From Camelus ferus (taxonomy: Eukaryota): DNA of 64,000 nucleotides. A program made the translations under genes and the position numbers. The DNA lies in the NCBI RefSeq assembly GCF_009834535.1, contig NC_045696.1, positions 50,222,001-50,286,000 on the forward strand, read 5' to 3'. Shown here one piece after another: positions 38,753 to 50,734 of this stretch (the first letter of the stretch is position 1; each line of letters opens with the position of its first letter). A model generated the notes under the pieces. It had not been told where the DNA came from, made no database searches, and saw only the letters and a program-made list of their open reading frames with translations.

Positions 38753-38942
38753 TACTTTGTGAGCACTCCTGTTTTAATAGAATAACTGGAATGTGAGAGG
38801 TCTAGAAGCCGTATCCTATCTTCTTAGGTGCTCTTGGATCAAGGGTATAACCTGGGGAAAAGAGTGACTGCCAAGTGGGAAAAGAAGTGGACTTCTTTCC
38901 TATTCTAAAGAACTGAGCTACAGTACAAATTAAAGGGTGATG

Positions 38943-39032
38943 AGAGGGGCAAGTGTAGCTCAGTGGTAGAGGGCCTGCCTAGCATGCACAAGGTCTTGGG
39001 TTCAATCCCCAGTACCTCCATTAAAAAAAAAA
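38943..39032 (+). mobile_element. tRNA-Ala(AGC)-derived SINE, camelid Vic-1-like
   Basis: A box TAGCTCAGTGG, B box GGTTCAATCCC, A-tail, perfect 16-bp TSD AAATTAAAGGGTGATG (38927-38942 / 39033-39048). Confidence 0.9.
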
Positions 39033-40329
39033 AAATTAAAGGGTGATGGTTGTTCTTTCCTTATAAGGAAGGCTCTCCAAACAAATAATGCTTTTCAACA
39101 GTGGAGATGGCCGTCCTGAAGAGTAGTAGAGAGGGGTAGTAAACTCCCTGTCACTGAAGTGCTGAGGAGAGACTGTATCAGCGGGACGTTTTAGAAGAGA
39201 GCCCATCATTGATACAGAAGTTGGACTGAGTGATTTCTGAAGTCCCTTCCTGTTTCCAGATTCTCTTCTAAGTGGTTATGACCTATAACCAATGCACTGA
39301 ATCTGCTCCCTCCAGAGTTTTTGAATAACCTTTGGTTGGACCACAAGCATGGCCTGCAGTGACCTGATTCCAGCTCTGTCACTGGTCCAAGGACCAGACT
39401 TCCATCCAGCACTACCTAATCCTGAGGGGAAGCCGGATGTGGCTGTTGGTTATAGAGGGAAAGATGGCTTTGATTCAGGATCCCAAATCCTTGGCCAGCT
39501 GCGTCCTGCTGCCGCAGGTTTTCAGGGTCCGTGTGCAGAGAAGTCCCTAGGGGAGAGTTACTTTGTTTATACCTCTAAGGCTTTTTGCATCTGAATCCCC
39601 ACATGGAAGCCCCGTTGCTTATGAGCTGGGTTAGACCGTGTGGAGCTGCCGGGAATCCCTTCACTCCTGTACAGGCCCGACCTTCACCTAACACCGCCCA
39701 GGTCCTCCTTGGCAGCTCCTGCTTTAACCTGTCTGATTTTCCCTGTGAACTCCTCTACTATCCTAGTGTGGAGAAGAGGCAGAGAAAGTCAAACCCAAAG
39801 GAAATAGAGTTGTTTTCCTTCTCTAAAGCCTAGAGCAGACTTTCTGAAATTGAGTTATGTATATATATATATCCCTCTTTTAAAGGAAAAAAAAATTGCA
39901 TTGATCTCAGTGTTGGCCCTTTTTCTACTTGACTATTATTTCAGTGCATACAGACATACTATGAAGCACAAACTTCTTGCTTGTAGTTTTTATACAGAAA
40001 CCAAAACAAATTCACAATTCAAATATAAAGCTATAAAACCAGTAAATTTTCAATTCAAATAGGGATTTAGTGAGAAAGTGGTATTTCGCTCAAATGGAAT
40101 CACGATAAACTCCCTAACAGACCTGCAGAACTGTCCTCACTTGCTATTTCCCTTGCTTCAAGCACCATCCTGTCTGCCAAGATAACGGAAACCTGCTGAC
40201 ACTGCTGGTGATGCATTTAATCCTGCTGGGATTTATCAACCCATGTCCCTAACAATCCCATACGGATGTGGTGTGAGTCAGGCTGCCAACTCCCACAGGC
40301 CTTGATGCCCTGGAAAGATTTTTAAAACG

Positions 40330-41330
40330 TCAGCTTTATGTGTTCCCTGAAGCTTTGAAAGAACTCACCAATAAAATCGCCTAGGCTTGGCACTTTTGTG
40401 AGGAGTATGGTTTTTTCCCACAACATTCTCTCTTCCTCATCCTCTTTTTGGTTCACTCTTGATCATTTATATTTTGCTAAAAATTTTAGCACCCAAATTT
40501 ATTTGCACAGGAAATAAATTTATGAACTTACGAATATTCTCATCATTCTTTTTAATTTCCTCTTTATAGTTCTATTTTCTTTCTCATCTTTAATTTTGTG
40601 TATGAATGGTATCTCTATTAGTTTTTAAAAAATAAGTTAATGAGCAGTTTCTAATTAATTTTTACTTTATTAAAGTTTATCATGTTTTATTTTTCTAAAG
40701 TTTGTTTTGTTCTTTTTCCATCTTACCTACTTCAGATGCATTTATTTTCTTTCTTGTTTGTTAATGAACATGATTATAACTAGTAGAAAAATTTCTGGGA
40801 GTGAGTAGATTTTAGGCCAATCCCTAAAGACTATAAAATACAGCATTATCATTATTATTATTTTCTAATTCTGTTTTGAGTCAAAGGTAGTATGAGTGAG
40901 GATTTTACTCATACATCTGTTAACTTTTAGTTTTTATACACTTGGTTAAAAGATTAGATCTGTCCCCTTTTGTTATTTGCATATTTTTACTGAACTTATT
41001 ATTGTAGTTTGACTCATCCTTTATGCAACAACTTTTCTGAGAAAGTTGGTATTGCTTTGATATTTTGAACCAGTTTGAAAGTTTCTTATCATGTTTGAGA
41101 TTTATTTAACTTGCATTTCTAGTCTGTTTCATTGCTAAGTTACTTTTACATTTTTAAAAGCAAATTTGGAAGCTTATTTATAAATCTTCCAACCTCAAAA
41201 ATTAAAATATGGTCATCAACTCTTTTCATTGAGAGATGAGGAACTTAGGTTTTTGCGTTTCCTCCCAACTCCCAGTTTTTCTTAATAAGCTCTGAGAATT
41301 TCATCCAGGTCTGCTCTACTGTATTGCAGC
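40330..41330 (-). mobile_element. Ancient L1M fragments (probably resuming at about 42010-42420)
   Basis: T-rich decayed antisense L1 ORF2-like sequence, e.g. gaaagaactcaccaataaaatcgcctaggcttgg. Confidence 0.5.
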
Positions 41331-41339
41331 TATGTTAAG

Positions 41340-42010
41340 GCAGGTGTTTCCACCTGACCATCTCTGAAACTGGGATGTTTTAAACAACGGTATGTTGCAA
41401 TATCTGCTGCCTTCTGGCGGTAATGACGACGTTGTCTCTGCTTGCACACGCAGGTGTTTGGCGTGTCTGGGTCACAACAACTTCTTGGAGTTTCAATCAA
41501 CAAACCACTTAAGGGCCATTTGAGGAGAGGATAAGAGGTTGTTGTCTGAAAATCTTTCATCGATACCCCCCAGTAAGATCAGGAACAGAACATGCCAGCA
41601 TCAAATTTTACCGAATGAGTGCCAATAACTCGGAAGATGATGGAGATAGCAGAGAATTTTTTAAGGAATTGCCTCCTTGTCATCAGTTCTCTCAATGGCG
41701 CAGAGGACTAATCTGTCTGGAGAACCTCAGACACCTAGGATTCTGCATTAAAAAATGATTCAAGAGATTCTAGCCCGAAATGGGAAGATGTTTTAGAAGT
41801 AGCTTAATTTTTTTAACTTCTAGTTTCCCTTTTTATGTAATCAGAGAATGCCACCTGATAACTACAAGGTCTTTACAAGCTCTTTAAACAAATTTGAAAT
41901 AAAAATTCTAAACTAGAAAAAAAAATATGTTTAATTATGTTTCTTAGAAGGACACAAAATAGTGGTGCCTCTGAGATTTGATGCTGTCACGGATATGATG
42001 AAATGTGGAA
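41340..42010 (+). mobile_element. Tigger/pogo DNA transposon relic (Tigger13-like) with decayed transposase C-terminus
   Basis: Translates SQQLLGVSINKPLKGHLRR at 41472 and ISSLNGAED at 41682, resembling pogo-family QPLDVSINKPFK and ISNALDGTED. Confidence 0.7.
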
Positions 42011-42969
42011 GTTCTTTTAAAAATGTTTTATTATGCACCTTTTCTTTCAGGAATTAATAGTTTGCCTTTTAGTTTGTAATCCCAATTATCCCAGCTAATT
42101 AAACTTTATTTGTTCATGACATAACTTCCTCATTCATAACTTTTTAATGTCAGTTCATCTCTGAGCTGGGAGCTGTCTTAAAAATAGACTTTTCTCTTCT
42201 GAAAGTGTTTTTGGCTGATACACTTCCTGAGGTTTTTGTTTATTTTTTACTTTTTTAGCATCTAATAACTATTTACTAATTGCAAACTTTTTCTAATCAT
42301 ATTATTGATCAAAGAAGTTTTGCACTTTTTATTACTTTCTATAGCTGTTTAATATAAATGGCAGCTCGTCTGAAAAATAATTCTTGTCACCCTTTTTTCA
42401 TCAGAGATCTCTTTTTTATCATTTAGTGTTGCCAGGCCCAATATTTGCCACTAAAGGGTGTAGGTAAAATCTCCCCTTCCCAGTTGGTCTTTTCCTGGAC
42501 CCTGAATGCTGTCTTTGAAGTTCTGCTAAAGGTTAGAAGCTGCTTAGAGGAGGTGGGAGGGAGGCAGGACCATAGGAAACTACCAGGAGGGAACTTCCCG
42601 GGTGTGTACTTTTCCTCTCTTGGTTGAAAGTCCTGCTTCGAGAACACGTTCCATGAAGGTAGTGGTGGTACTGTCTCCTGTTGTGGGGAGGGGGTATCAC
42701 CTGAATTTGTTCCTCTTTTTGAGGCTGAGCCCCTCCTAACCTGCTAGGAAGTCAGGTTCAGCAAAGTGCCTTGAAAGCAGCACACACTTCTCTACAGCGC
42801 AGTAGGCACACTCCACTCTACAGCTACAGTGCAATTTGCTACTAGAATTTTTATATTGTGTACTTATATGCTATACATTCTTATATTTCATGTTACATAC
42901 ATGTAACTTACTATATGAAATATTTTAATATTGCTTATTTTGTAAGGTTTTATATGTAAGATTTACACA

Positions 42970-43420
42970 CACTGCCCTACTGCAAAGATTTCCCATGTTG
43001 ATTTATTAGGGAGGACTCACAGGCTCCACAGAGCCCACTCACATAAGACTTTTATTTAAGGAGAAGGATATGGTGCAGCAAGAAAAGGAGAGTGCAGACA
43101 CTGCAGATCCAAGAGCGATCCCTTGCCTAAGCTCCCAGGGGTCTTTATTTATACTCAGAGACCACACTGTCTCCAGCTTGAACCACCAAGACCTGTGGGA
43201 GGAATCTTGACTTTGGGAGAGCTCAGAGTAGAATTTCCCAGGATTTTTATGCCTCTCTGGCCATGTAATCAGCCGTGTTTACGTAATCTATTAGGCCAGT
43301 TGGAAACCATCATTAAAGAAATTAACCCTGAGGATCCCTAGGGGAGTTTCAAACTTTAAACAGCACATCATAAATCCCACTGCCCTTAACGTGGCCAAGA
43401 GTTAAAAACCAGATGCCATT
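42970..43420 (-). mobile_element. Degenerate MER21/MER68/MER77-like LTR (approximate ends)
   Basis: gatttattagggaggactcacagg...actcacataagacttttattt...gaaggata motif. Confidence 0.45.
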
Positions 43421-44087
43421 ATGCCCCCAAACATCAAGAGAGCTTTTCCAGTCTAGCTGCAAACCAACTCTGTCTTCCATATGTATACCCTTATCTCCAA
43501 ACCTCCTTCCTTCAGTTAGGAAGTTAGATGGGTCAGACAGCGGAAAAAAGGGCATAGCCATGTTACTTATCTTTGGCCTCCCAGCCACAGCTGGTCCTTG
43601 CATGGGCAGTAGGCTGCAAGTGTGTTACTGATCCTTCCTAGTGCCATTTCCCCAAGACGGTGGTGGTAAACAGACGCACATTACTCAAAGTCCATGCTTT
43701 GAGATTAAGGCTATTCCTTAGTTCAATCTTCAAGATTTCATCCATAAATCCACTATTTATTGTTCATTTTGGTTGATTTCAGGGAAAGGGGTAGTGTTTA
43801 TGAATGAAATAACATGAGTGCCACCATCTTTCCATGGACAACTCCTAAATCTGGGAGAGGTAAGAAGCTCCCAGGAGAAGCAGTGCCTGCACTGTGAGTA
43901 TCCAAAAGCCACTGACCATGGTGGGCATGGATTCAACACGAGGTACTTGCTCAAATCATGTGGAGCCTGACAGGAAGAGCAACATAATCACTGTAGCCTC
44001 CAAAAGATTGAAGAGCTGTCATCACTCATCTCTCCCTGGTCCCTTCCTCCTATACCTCCTCCCCCCAGTAAGGACCCATCATTGATT

Positions 44088-44442
44088 TTTTTTAATAATA
44101 GACAATTTTTTAGAGCAGTTTCAGATTTACAGCAGAATTGAGCAGAAAATACAGAGTTCCCACATAGCCCTCCCCACCCACACATATATACTCCCCTATC
44201 CTCAACATCCCTCATCAGTGTGGCATATTTGGTACAACTGATTAACCTACATGGACACATTGTTATCAACCAATGTCCATAGGTTACATTAGGGTTCATT
44301 CTTGATGTTGTATATTCTATGGGCTTTGACAAATGCATAATGACATGTGCCACCACTATAATTTTATACAGAATAATTTCATTGCCCTAAAAATCCCTTG
44401 TGCTCCATCTATTCATCCCTCCCTCTCTCCTTCTCCCCAAAC
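44088..44442 (-). mobile_element. L1MC-type 3' end
   Basis: ttttagagcagtttcagatttacagcagaattgagcagaaaatacagagttccca...gtccataggttacattagggttca. Confidence 0.85.
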
Positions 44443-45989
44443 GACCCATCACTGATTATATATACTATCCTATAATTAACTGTATACATGACAGTTCCCT
44501 ACTAATCTGTACTGGGAAATGTCTTTTTCAGTTTCATATTCCTGGGTTCTAGCAGAGTACATACACAATAGTATAAAGGCAATGAATGTTTGAATCATCA
44601 TATAGCTTGAGCATAACTTGAAAACTAGAATCTCGGTTTAGGAACTGGAATGACTAGATGATTCTCTACACACATGAAGACTTTCAGCTATTCCTGATCA
44701 GGCCTTGCCCAATTTGGGCGTATTCCTGCCTCTGCCTACCCTGTTCTAATTTGGCTCTCTAAAGAGTGTTCATGAAAAGGGAGCAAGCCAAAAGTAGAAA
44801 AGAGGGCTAGAGAAGATGAACAGAATGATGGTGGAGTCCCCAGGAGTTTATTCTTCCTCTAACTTTTTTGGGAAGGAAAGGGAGTCTTGCTTCCAGGGAT
44901 TAGCAATCTTTTAGAAATGATTTGCCAAGCTGCTCCCTACTGCTCTCCTTCAAGGATCTCCTTCTGTGCTGTAGATGTCCTTGGAAAGGGTGGCACCTTC
45001 AACCTGGGGGTTACACCTAACCAGCTGTAGCCCTCTGTGTGTCAGAAGAGGGCTACAGCTGGTTAGGAGAGAGGGGCCTGGGAAAGGAGAAAAGGGTCAG
45101 GAGGGAGGAAAGGGATGCTTAAGGGAGAGGAGGAAAGCCAAAGAAGATATTGCCCAGGATCAGTTTTAGTTGTTTAAAATCATCCCACCCCTTTACCCAG
45201 CCCCCTTGGCACATGTATCAACCCACAGGTTGTAAGGTGGAGGACCACTCTTGCTTTCTAGAAGGAAGTACTAACATTTAAGGTCTCTGAAGTCTGTGCG
45301 GGGACTGCCCACGTTTCCAAACTTCAGGTGATGAGTGTGGTCCCTAAATCAGGGAATTTGTGTTGAAGAACAAGCATATGCCTTGTTGAAGAAACTCTCT
45401 AAATGTTCAGGAAGCTCACAGTCCTGGCCAGCCTGAATTCCTTGGATGCTCTAGCTGGGCTGTTAAGGCGATGATGAGGGTTTCTGTGTTTTAGAGGTGA
45501 TGACCCATTCGGATCTCAGCCGCAGCAGTGCACTGCGCTGGGAAGAATTCAGCCAAGTTGCTTAATCTCTTTCCCTATTACCATAAAAATTTGGAACTGG
45601 TGAAGTCTGGGTTCTCTGAGAATTTAACCTTGATTGGATCATAGAAAGTCTCTAAGCTTAACATTCAACTCCCTAAAGGCCAGGAAAGATTCATAAATGT
45701 CACAGAGTTAGAGAAAACTTAAATATCTAGTCCTACTCTCTCACTTGGAGATGAGAACGGAGTCCCAGAAGTTAAGACAGGGCAGGTGACTCTCAGGTCA
45801 GGGCAAGGAGGAATGGTTTCCCCCGGTTCCACGGCCTTTTTAAAACAACCGTCAAGCTCTGTTACAACTGGCCCTTTGCCCCTCACCAAATGCACTGTAA
45901 AGTGCCTGACAATTACTTTTTTAACTGTAGCGTACAGGACAGTTACTACAGCCTTGACATTAAGCTTTTGATTGTCAAGGCCTCCATTT

Positions 45990-46982
45990 TAAAGACACTC
46001 ACATCGAATAAACATATTGGCAGCTACACAATGGTCACAGATCCAGCAGCCCCACGAGTTCCCTATTGGAAAGCCCTGGGCGACCGGGGTACCAGACCGC
46101 TTGAGGGGCCCCACTTCCCCTTCCGGTGCTCTAATCCCACTTTCATGTTTTAAATTCACCAACAAAGAGCAAACCCGCAAAACCCTAGGCACCCCACCTT
46201 GAACCCCAATGCAGGCTCTCTCCCCCGTCTGTGCTCTCTCCTCTCTCTACCTGCAACCTCGCTGTGTGTATCCTCCAGGACCTGTGAGGAATGAACCTTG
46301 TTTTTTTACAAAGATTCTTGATGGTTGGTGAAATAAAATTCGCATTTTATGGCAAAATGAGAAAACCTTTAAAGTAAAATTTTCTTCTCCCATTTGGGCT
46401 GCGTCCCTCCCCATTAGTGTGTATTGTGCTTCTGTATTAACCAAGCCTCCTTAGGAGATAACCTTCCTTCTTAATCTCATCCAGGGTCACAACTTAGGAA
46501 ATAATCTTCCTTCTTAATCTTGTAAGGGACCACTATGACCCAAGACTCACTGCTCGCTTTGTATATGTAGGTCTGTAAACTGTCAATAATGCATCATCAC
46601 TTGACATATAACCCTTTGTCTCCAAGGCTTGTATAACCATGCTTTGATCTCTAACGGATGGGACAGCCCTTGGAGCTTTCTGAAAGACTGTCTCCCAGGT
46701 TATACTCCTCAGGTTGGCTCAACTAAAAGCTCCCATTTCTTTCTTAGATCAACTCTTGATTAATTTTTTTGTCAACATGGTTGTTGCTGAAGTGTGTCTG
46801 GTGATCATAAGAACCACAAGGGCCGGTCCGACCACAACACTGGCTCCACAGAGGAAACACCTGTAGGGGCTGCCCCACGTAGCACAGACCCAGGTGAGGG
46901 CCCCAGGCGTTCCTAGCTGACAGCACCACCGTGGACAGGCTGAGACCACCAGGAAACACCACCCCAACCTTGATTTCTTACA
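45990..46982 (+). mobile_element. MER74-like ERVL LTR (left end uncertain), split by a nested LTR
   Basis: Removing 46326-46781 rejoins ...ttcttgatggt|tgttgctgaagtg...taagaaccacaagggc..., a MER74-like 3' part. Confidence 0.6.
46326..46777 (+). mobile_element. ERV1 (MER34/MER4-group-like) solo LTR nested in an older LTR
   Basis: TG...CA termini (TGGTGAA / GTCAACA), 4-bp TSD TGGT, internal 28-bp direct repeat. Confidence 0.8.
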
Positions 46983-48395
46983 TTCTTAATAACATGTTCA
47001 GAACTAAGGGGAAAGTCTGGCATTGGGAGCTTGGCACCCACTCTGAGAGGACTAAAGAGAAGGAGTCAGCATTTTCACTGAGCTTCATTTGACATTGAGA
47101 GTACTCACCAACCACACCCTCTATCTGCACACCCCAAACCATTAAGTACAGAGCTGCCGTGGAGGAGAAAGGGGGAAAGAAAAGCAATGGGCAGGGAAAC
47201 GGGAGTTAGTGGTGGCAGAGAAAGGACAGAGGTTCTTTTTAAGAGGCTTCTCTTTTTCTGGAATCTCCATACAGTGCTGAGTACTGAGATCATCAGCCAG
47301 GGTCAGCTGGGGCCACCATTCACCCTAATCCTAGGCTACTTTTATCCTCAAGGCTCTCAGAGCTGAGAAGGTGTGAGCTTCATTGTTAACTCTATTCCAG
47401 AAAATGAGACCAGCCGGGCTCCACCGACTCCCCTGGGCTGCCAGCCTCTGTAGCAGGGGAAGGACCTATCTGCTGAATTAGTACTCCCCTCAGAGCCCTG
47501 GGATTTCTCTGGTGAAAAGCAACTATTGGAAATTCATGGAAGGGAATCATGAAAAACAGTCACTTCGGTGAGGCTGTGTCCATTTCAGAGTCTTCCAGAT
47601 TTCCCTAACTCAACTGGTGCTTCACTTTCTAAATTCCATGAATCCATAATCTTTCTCAGAAACCATATTTTATTTGTTTCTTACCTTTTGTTGTTGTTGT
47701 TGCTGGTTTTTAGAAGGAAATGCTTTTGTAGAAAAGCAATACTCAGATTTCGAACCACCTGATCTATATCACTCCAAGACAGATTCAGGTTACCTAAATC
47801 TCCAGTCCTCCCATTTGCCGACATTTACTCTGTATTTTTCCAGATTATAGGATTTGAGCACATCACCAATAACATCTTCCTCTGAGTGTGTTTCAGCCCC
47901 TTTGCTGAGCTATGGCTTATCCTACAGAATTCCAAATGATTATCCACAACTTCGCCCACTCATTAGAGGAAGGAGAGTTCAGATGCATTGCTGATGAGAA
48001 TATCAGCATATATGCTTGAAAAACTTATCTCAGGTTATGAAAAAGCATTGTCTTCCTTTGTGTACAGGAGCTAGAAATGTATTAATATTATTCTCTAAGT
48101 AAATTTTCTATTATTCCTATCTAATTAGTATTTTTGGAAGATGAAATAATAAAAATAATGTTACTTGGTTACAGTTTGCTGAAAAAAAGAAAGGTAGGAA
48201 AGAAGGAATGAAGAGAAAGAGGGAGGGAGGAAAGGAGGCTATTTAGTTTATATGCCATATGTAAAACATAAGTGCTCTATTTCACAGACAAGGATTACAT
48301 TTTGCACTCCAGCTACAATTTTATCCACTCTAATTTAGGAACATTTTCCTTTGAAAACAGAACGAACCCCTGAATGTAATCCCTTTCTTGGTCAT

Positions 48396-48401
48396 TTTAT
48401 T
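48396..48401 (-). terminator. CCDC80: Candidate CCDC80 poly(A) signal AATAAA (others at 49089-49094 and 47669-47674)
   Basis: TTTATT on the plus strand about 0.83 kb downstream of the stop codon. Confidence 0.5.
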
Positions 48402-49230
48402 TTACAAGGTGCCAGTACGGGAAAAGCCCACCAGCAGTGAGGACGGGAGCCCGGCGTGTGGAGCCCAGGTTTCCCTTGCCGGGAACTCCGTGGTAACTAA
48501 CAGAACGCTGAAGGGATCACCTCTAGCTGCAGGGCCAGATTCTGGTGGCGATTCAGAGGTTCCTTCCCCCTGCTCTCTCTCTGAACAGACACTAAAGATA
48601 ACAGAAGCAGAGCAGGAAGTGGCTATGATAACAAAGCTGAGCTCTGGCTTTCCCCTGGCTTTGGCAGCCAAAATCACTGGACTCCTGTGGTATCAAGCCT
48701 CAGCGAGGAAACTCACAGGATAAAGTAGAGTCATCTTAATCATTTTTAGACTGACAGGTCAGAAAGGGTAAAGAAACCAGCTGCTGTGTCTGTTTCATCT
48801 GCTCAGCTGTTCATCTGAAAACCTCTGTGCTGTGATCTTTAATTTCCTTTAACAATCATAGTTTTCACTTACCAATTAATACTAAAAAAGAGTAAAAGAG
48901 AGGTATAAATACTTATTCTACAGAATTTTGTATTCCAAATCATGTCCACCATGTTAAGAAAAGGAAAATATCCATTTTCAATGCCATTATTCAGCAGCAG
49001 ATCCCCACCAGTTAGAGAAACTATTCTTTTAAATGTCTTTATGATGTAAAGCTTCAATAACAACTCATGAGTAGGCAAAAGTTTGCTATTTATTTAATCT
49101 TGGAAGAACACTGAAAGAAAAAGGCAGGGAATGTAGGCAGTGTGGAAAAACTCTCCTTTACGTAGCTGGCCACATGTGCCTTTAAGAGCTGCAGAGAAAA
49201 CTGGCTGGGGCTAAGGTTACATATTTCTGT

Positions 49231-49577
49231 TCAGTAAGGGTATCCATGGTGGTAACTCTCATGGTGACGGTAGTCATCCTGGTAACCATCCTGGTATCCT
49301 TGGTGGTAACTATGGTAACCATAGCCTGCATACTCATCTTCTGGGCAGCGCATCCCCAGGGACTGCTGAATGGCCATTTCCTGTCTCCGGAGTTGCATCG
49401 AATCAATTAAATCATACACAATCACCATGGACCACATTGGGGAAGGATACCAGGATTTCACATTTCCATCTTTTCCGACTAGAAGCATGGAGAAGTACTC
49501 TGGGCTCACTTGAAAATAGTTACGTATGTCTTTCACCAAATGGGCTGGTACGTCTTCTCGTTCCACAACAGAGCTCC
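49231..49577 (-). CDS. CCDC80: CCDC80 last coding exon (GSSVVEREDVPAHLVKDIRNYF...YHHGYPY*)
   Basis: 347 nt, CTAG acceptor, TGA stop at 49233-49231; matches the CCDC80 (DRO1/URB) C-terminus. Confidence 0.97.
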
Positions 49578-50164
49578 CTAGAATAGGATTAGAAAAGTTG
49601 TTAGTGAATTAAAGAGGCAGCACTCAGCAAAGCATCAAAGTGAGAAGAAACAGAAATCTGTATTCACGAGAATAGAGAGAGGGCCCAGGAATCTGTTCTT
49701 TTTAGCTCAAAAATCCAATTAAAGTTTGATGGTTTTTCTACTAGAAATTAAATGTTCCTGCCATTATGCAACATTGTTAGTGTCAAACTTTGGGGCACAT
49801 GATGTCTCTTTATGGGAATATTACAAAATGTAAGAACAGTCCCTTCATTTAATCCTGGCAAGATTAATTTCTTTAAAATTTGTCACTAATAAAGATTACA
49901 TTGTTAATATTTTTAAGTTTATTTCCAATTAGCTTAGTTTCTTCTTTGCAATTACCGTTTTCCTTTTGATGCTGTTGTCTTTATAACAAAAACCTTATTT
50001 CATTGTCAAAGGTGAGAAATACCAATTACCTAAGAGCTGGATGAATGTTTTTAAACTATTATGATTAGTAAAAAGAAGAAAGGGGAGGGGAAAGGGTGCT
50101 GAGACTTCCTGGGTGCCCGCTGTCTCCAGCATTGTGCCAGGGACTTTACACACATTATCTCAGG

Positions 50165-50375
50165 CAAAGAGCTTGGTCTTGGACGGAAGGACTGGACTTC
50201 CTTTCTGAAACCTTTAGTCACAGGTCATTTTCTTTTAGCTTCTCTGAGCCTCTCAGTCTATGTCCTCATCTGTTGAAAGGGAATCAGTGAGATATGACCT
50301 TTGTGCCTCATAAAACTATTGTGAGAATTAAATGAGATAATATAGATGAAAGTGCTTTGCAAACAGATAAAGCTC
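50165..50375 (+). mobile_element. MIR SINE (approximate ends)
   Basis: cttctctgagcctc...cctcatctg...ttgtgagaattaaatgagataatatagatgaaagtgcttt. Confidence 0.7.
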
Positions 50376-50507
50376 TATGCAGACAAAAAAGAATTACAGA
50401 TTTCAATCAAGAAAATGGATACTTTTGCTGTCACTTAGCAATGAGTTTATGTTAAAAACAATATTAGTGCTTGTGCCCCACTTCCCCTCCTGCTACACGC
50501 ATCCTGT

Positions 50508-50528
50508 GCACACACACACACACACACA
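50508..50528. repeat. (CA)n microsatellite
   Basis: About 10 CA units. Confidence 0.85.
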
Positions 50529-50653
50529 TGTGAGAACGGAGGATTTAGTGACCTTTCTTCACCTGAGGGGTACACCCGCTGCTTACATACAGCCTAATAC
50601 AATTTAACTGAATTTATCATAGTTCATACTGTTTTAAGGCAACAATACTTTAC

Positions 50654-50734
50654 CATTAATCGGAAACAGTTCTAAAACGCCCCCTATTTCCTCTCCGACA
50701 CCTAAAAGCTTCAAAATGGTTATGTGGCGCAGAC
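50654..50734 (-). CDS. CCDC80: CCDC80 exon (GLRHITILKLLGVGEEIGGVLELFPIN)
   Basis: 81 nt, TTTCAG acceptor and GTAAAG donor, frame continuous. Confidence 0.96.

Noticed and set aside
38943..39020. Possible functional tRNA-Ala gene
   Set aside because: Stem mismatches, an A-tail and a 16-bp TSD indicate a retroposed SINE
43988..44356. 122-aa minus-strand ORF
   Set aside because: It is a chance translation of an L1MC 3'UTR
49182..49406. Alternative-frame 74-aa ORF overlapping the CCDC80 stop
   Set aside because: It is a shadow frame of the repetitive tail, with no independent support
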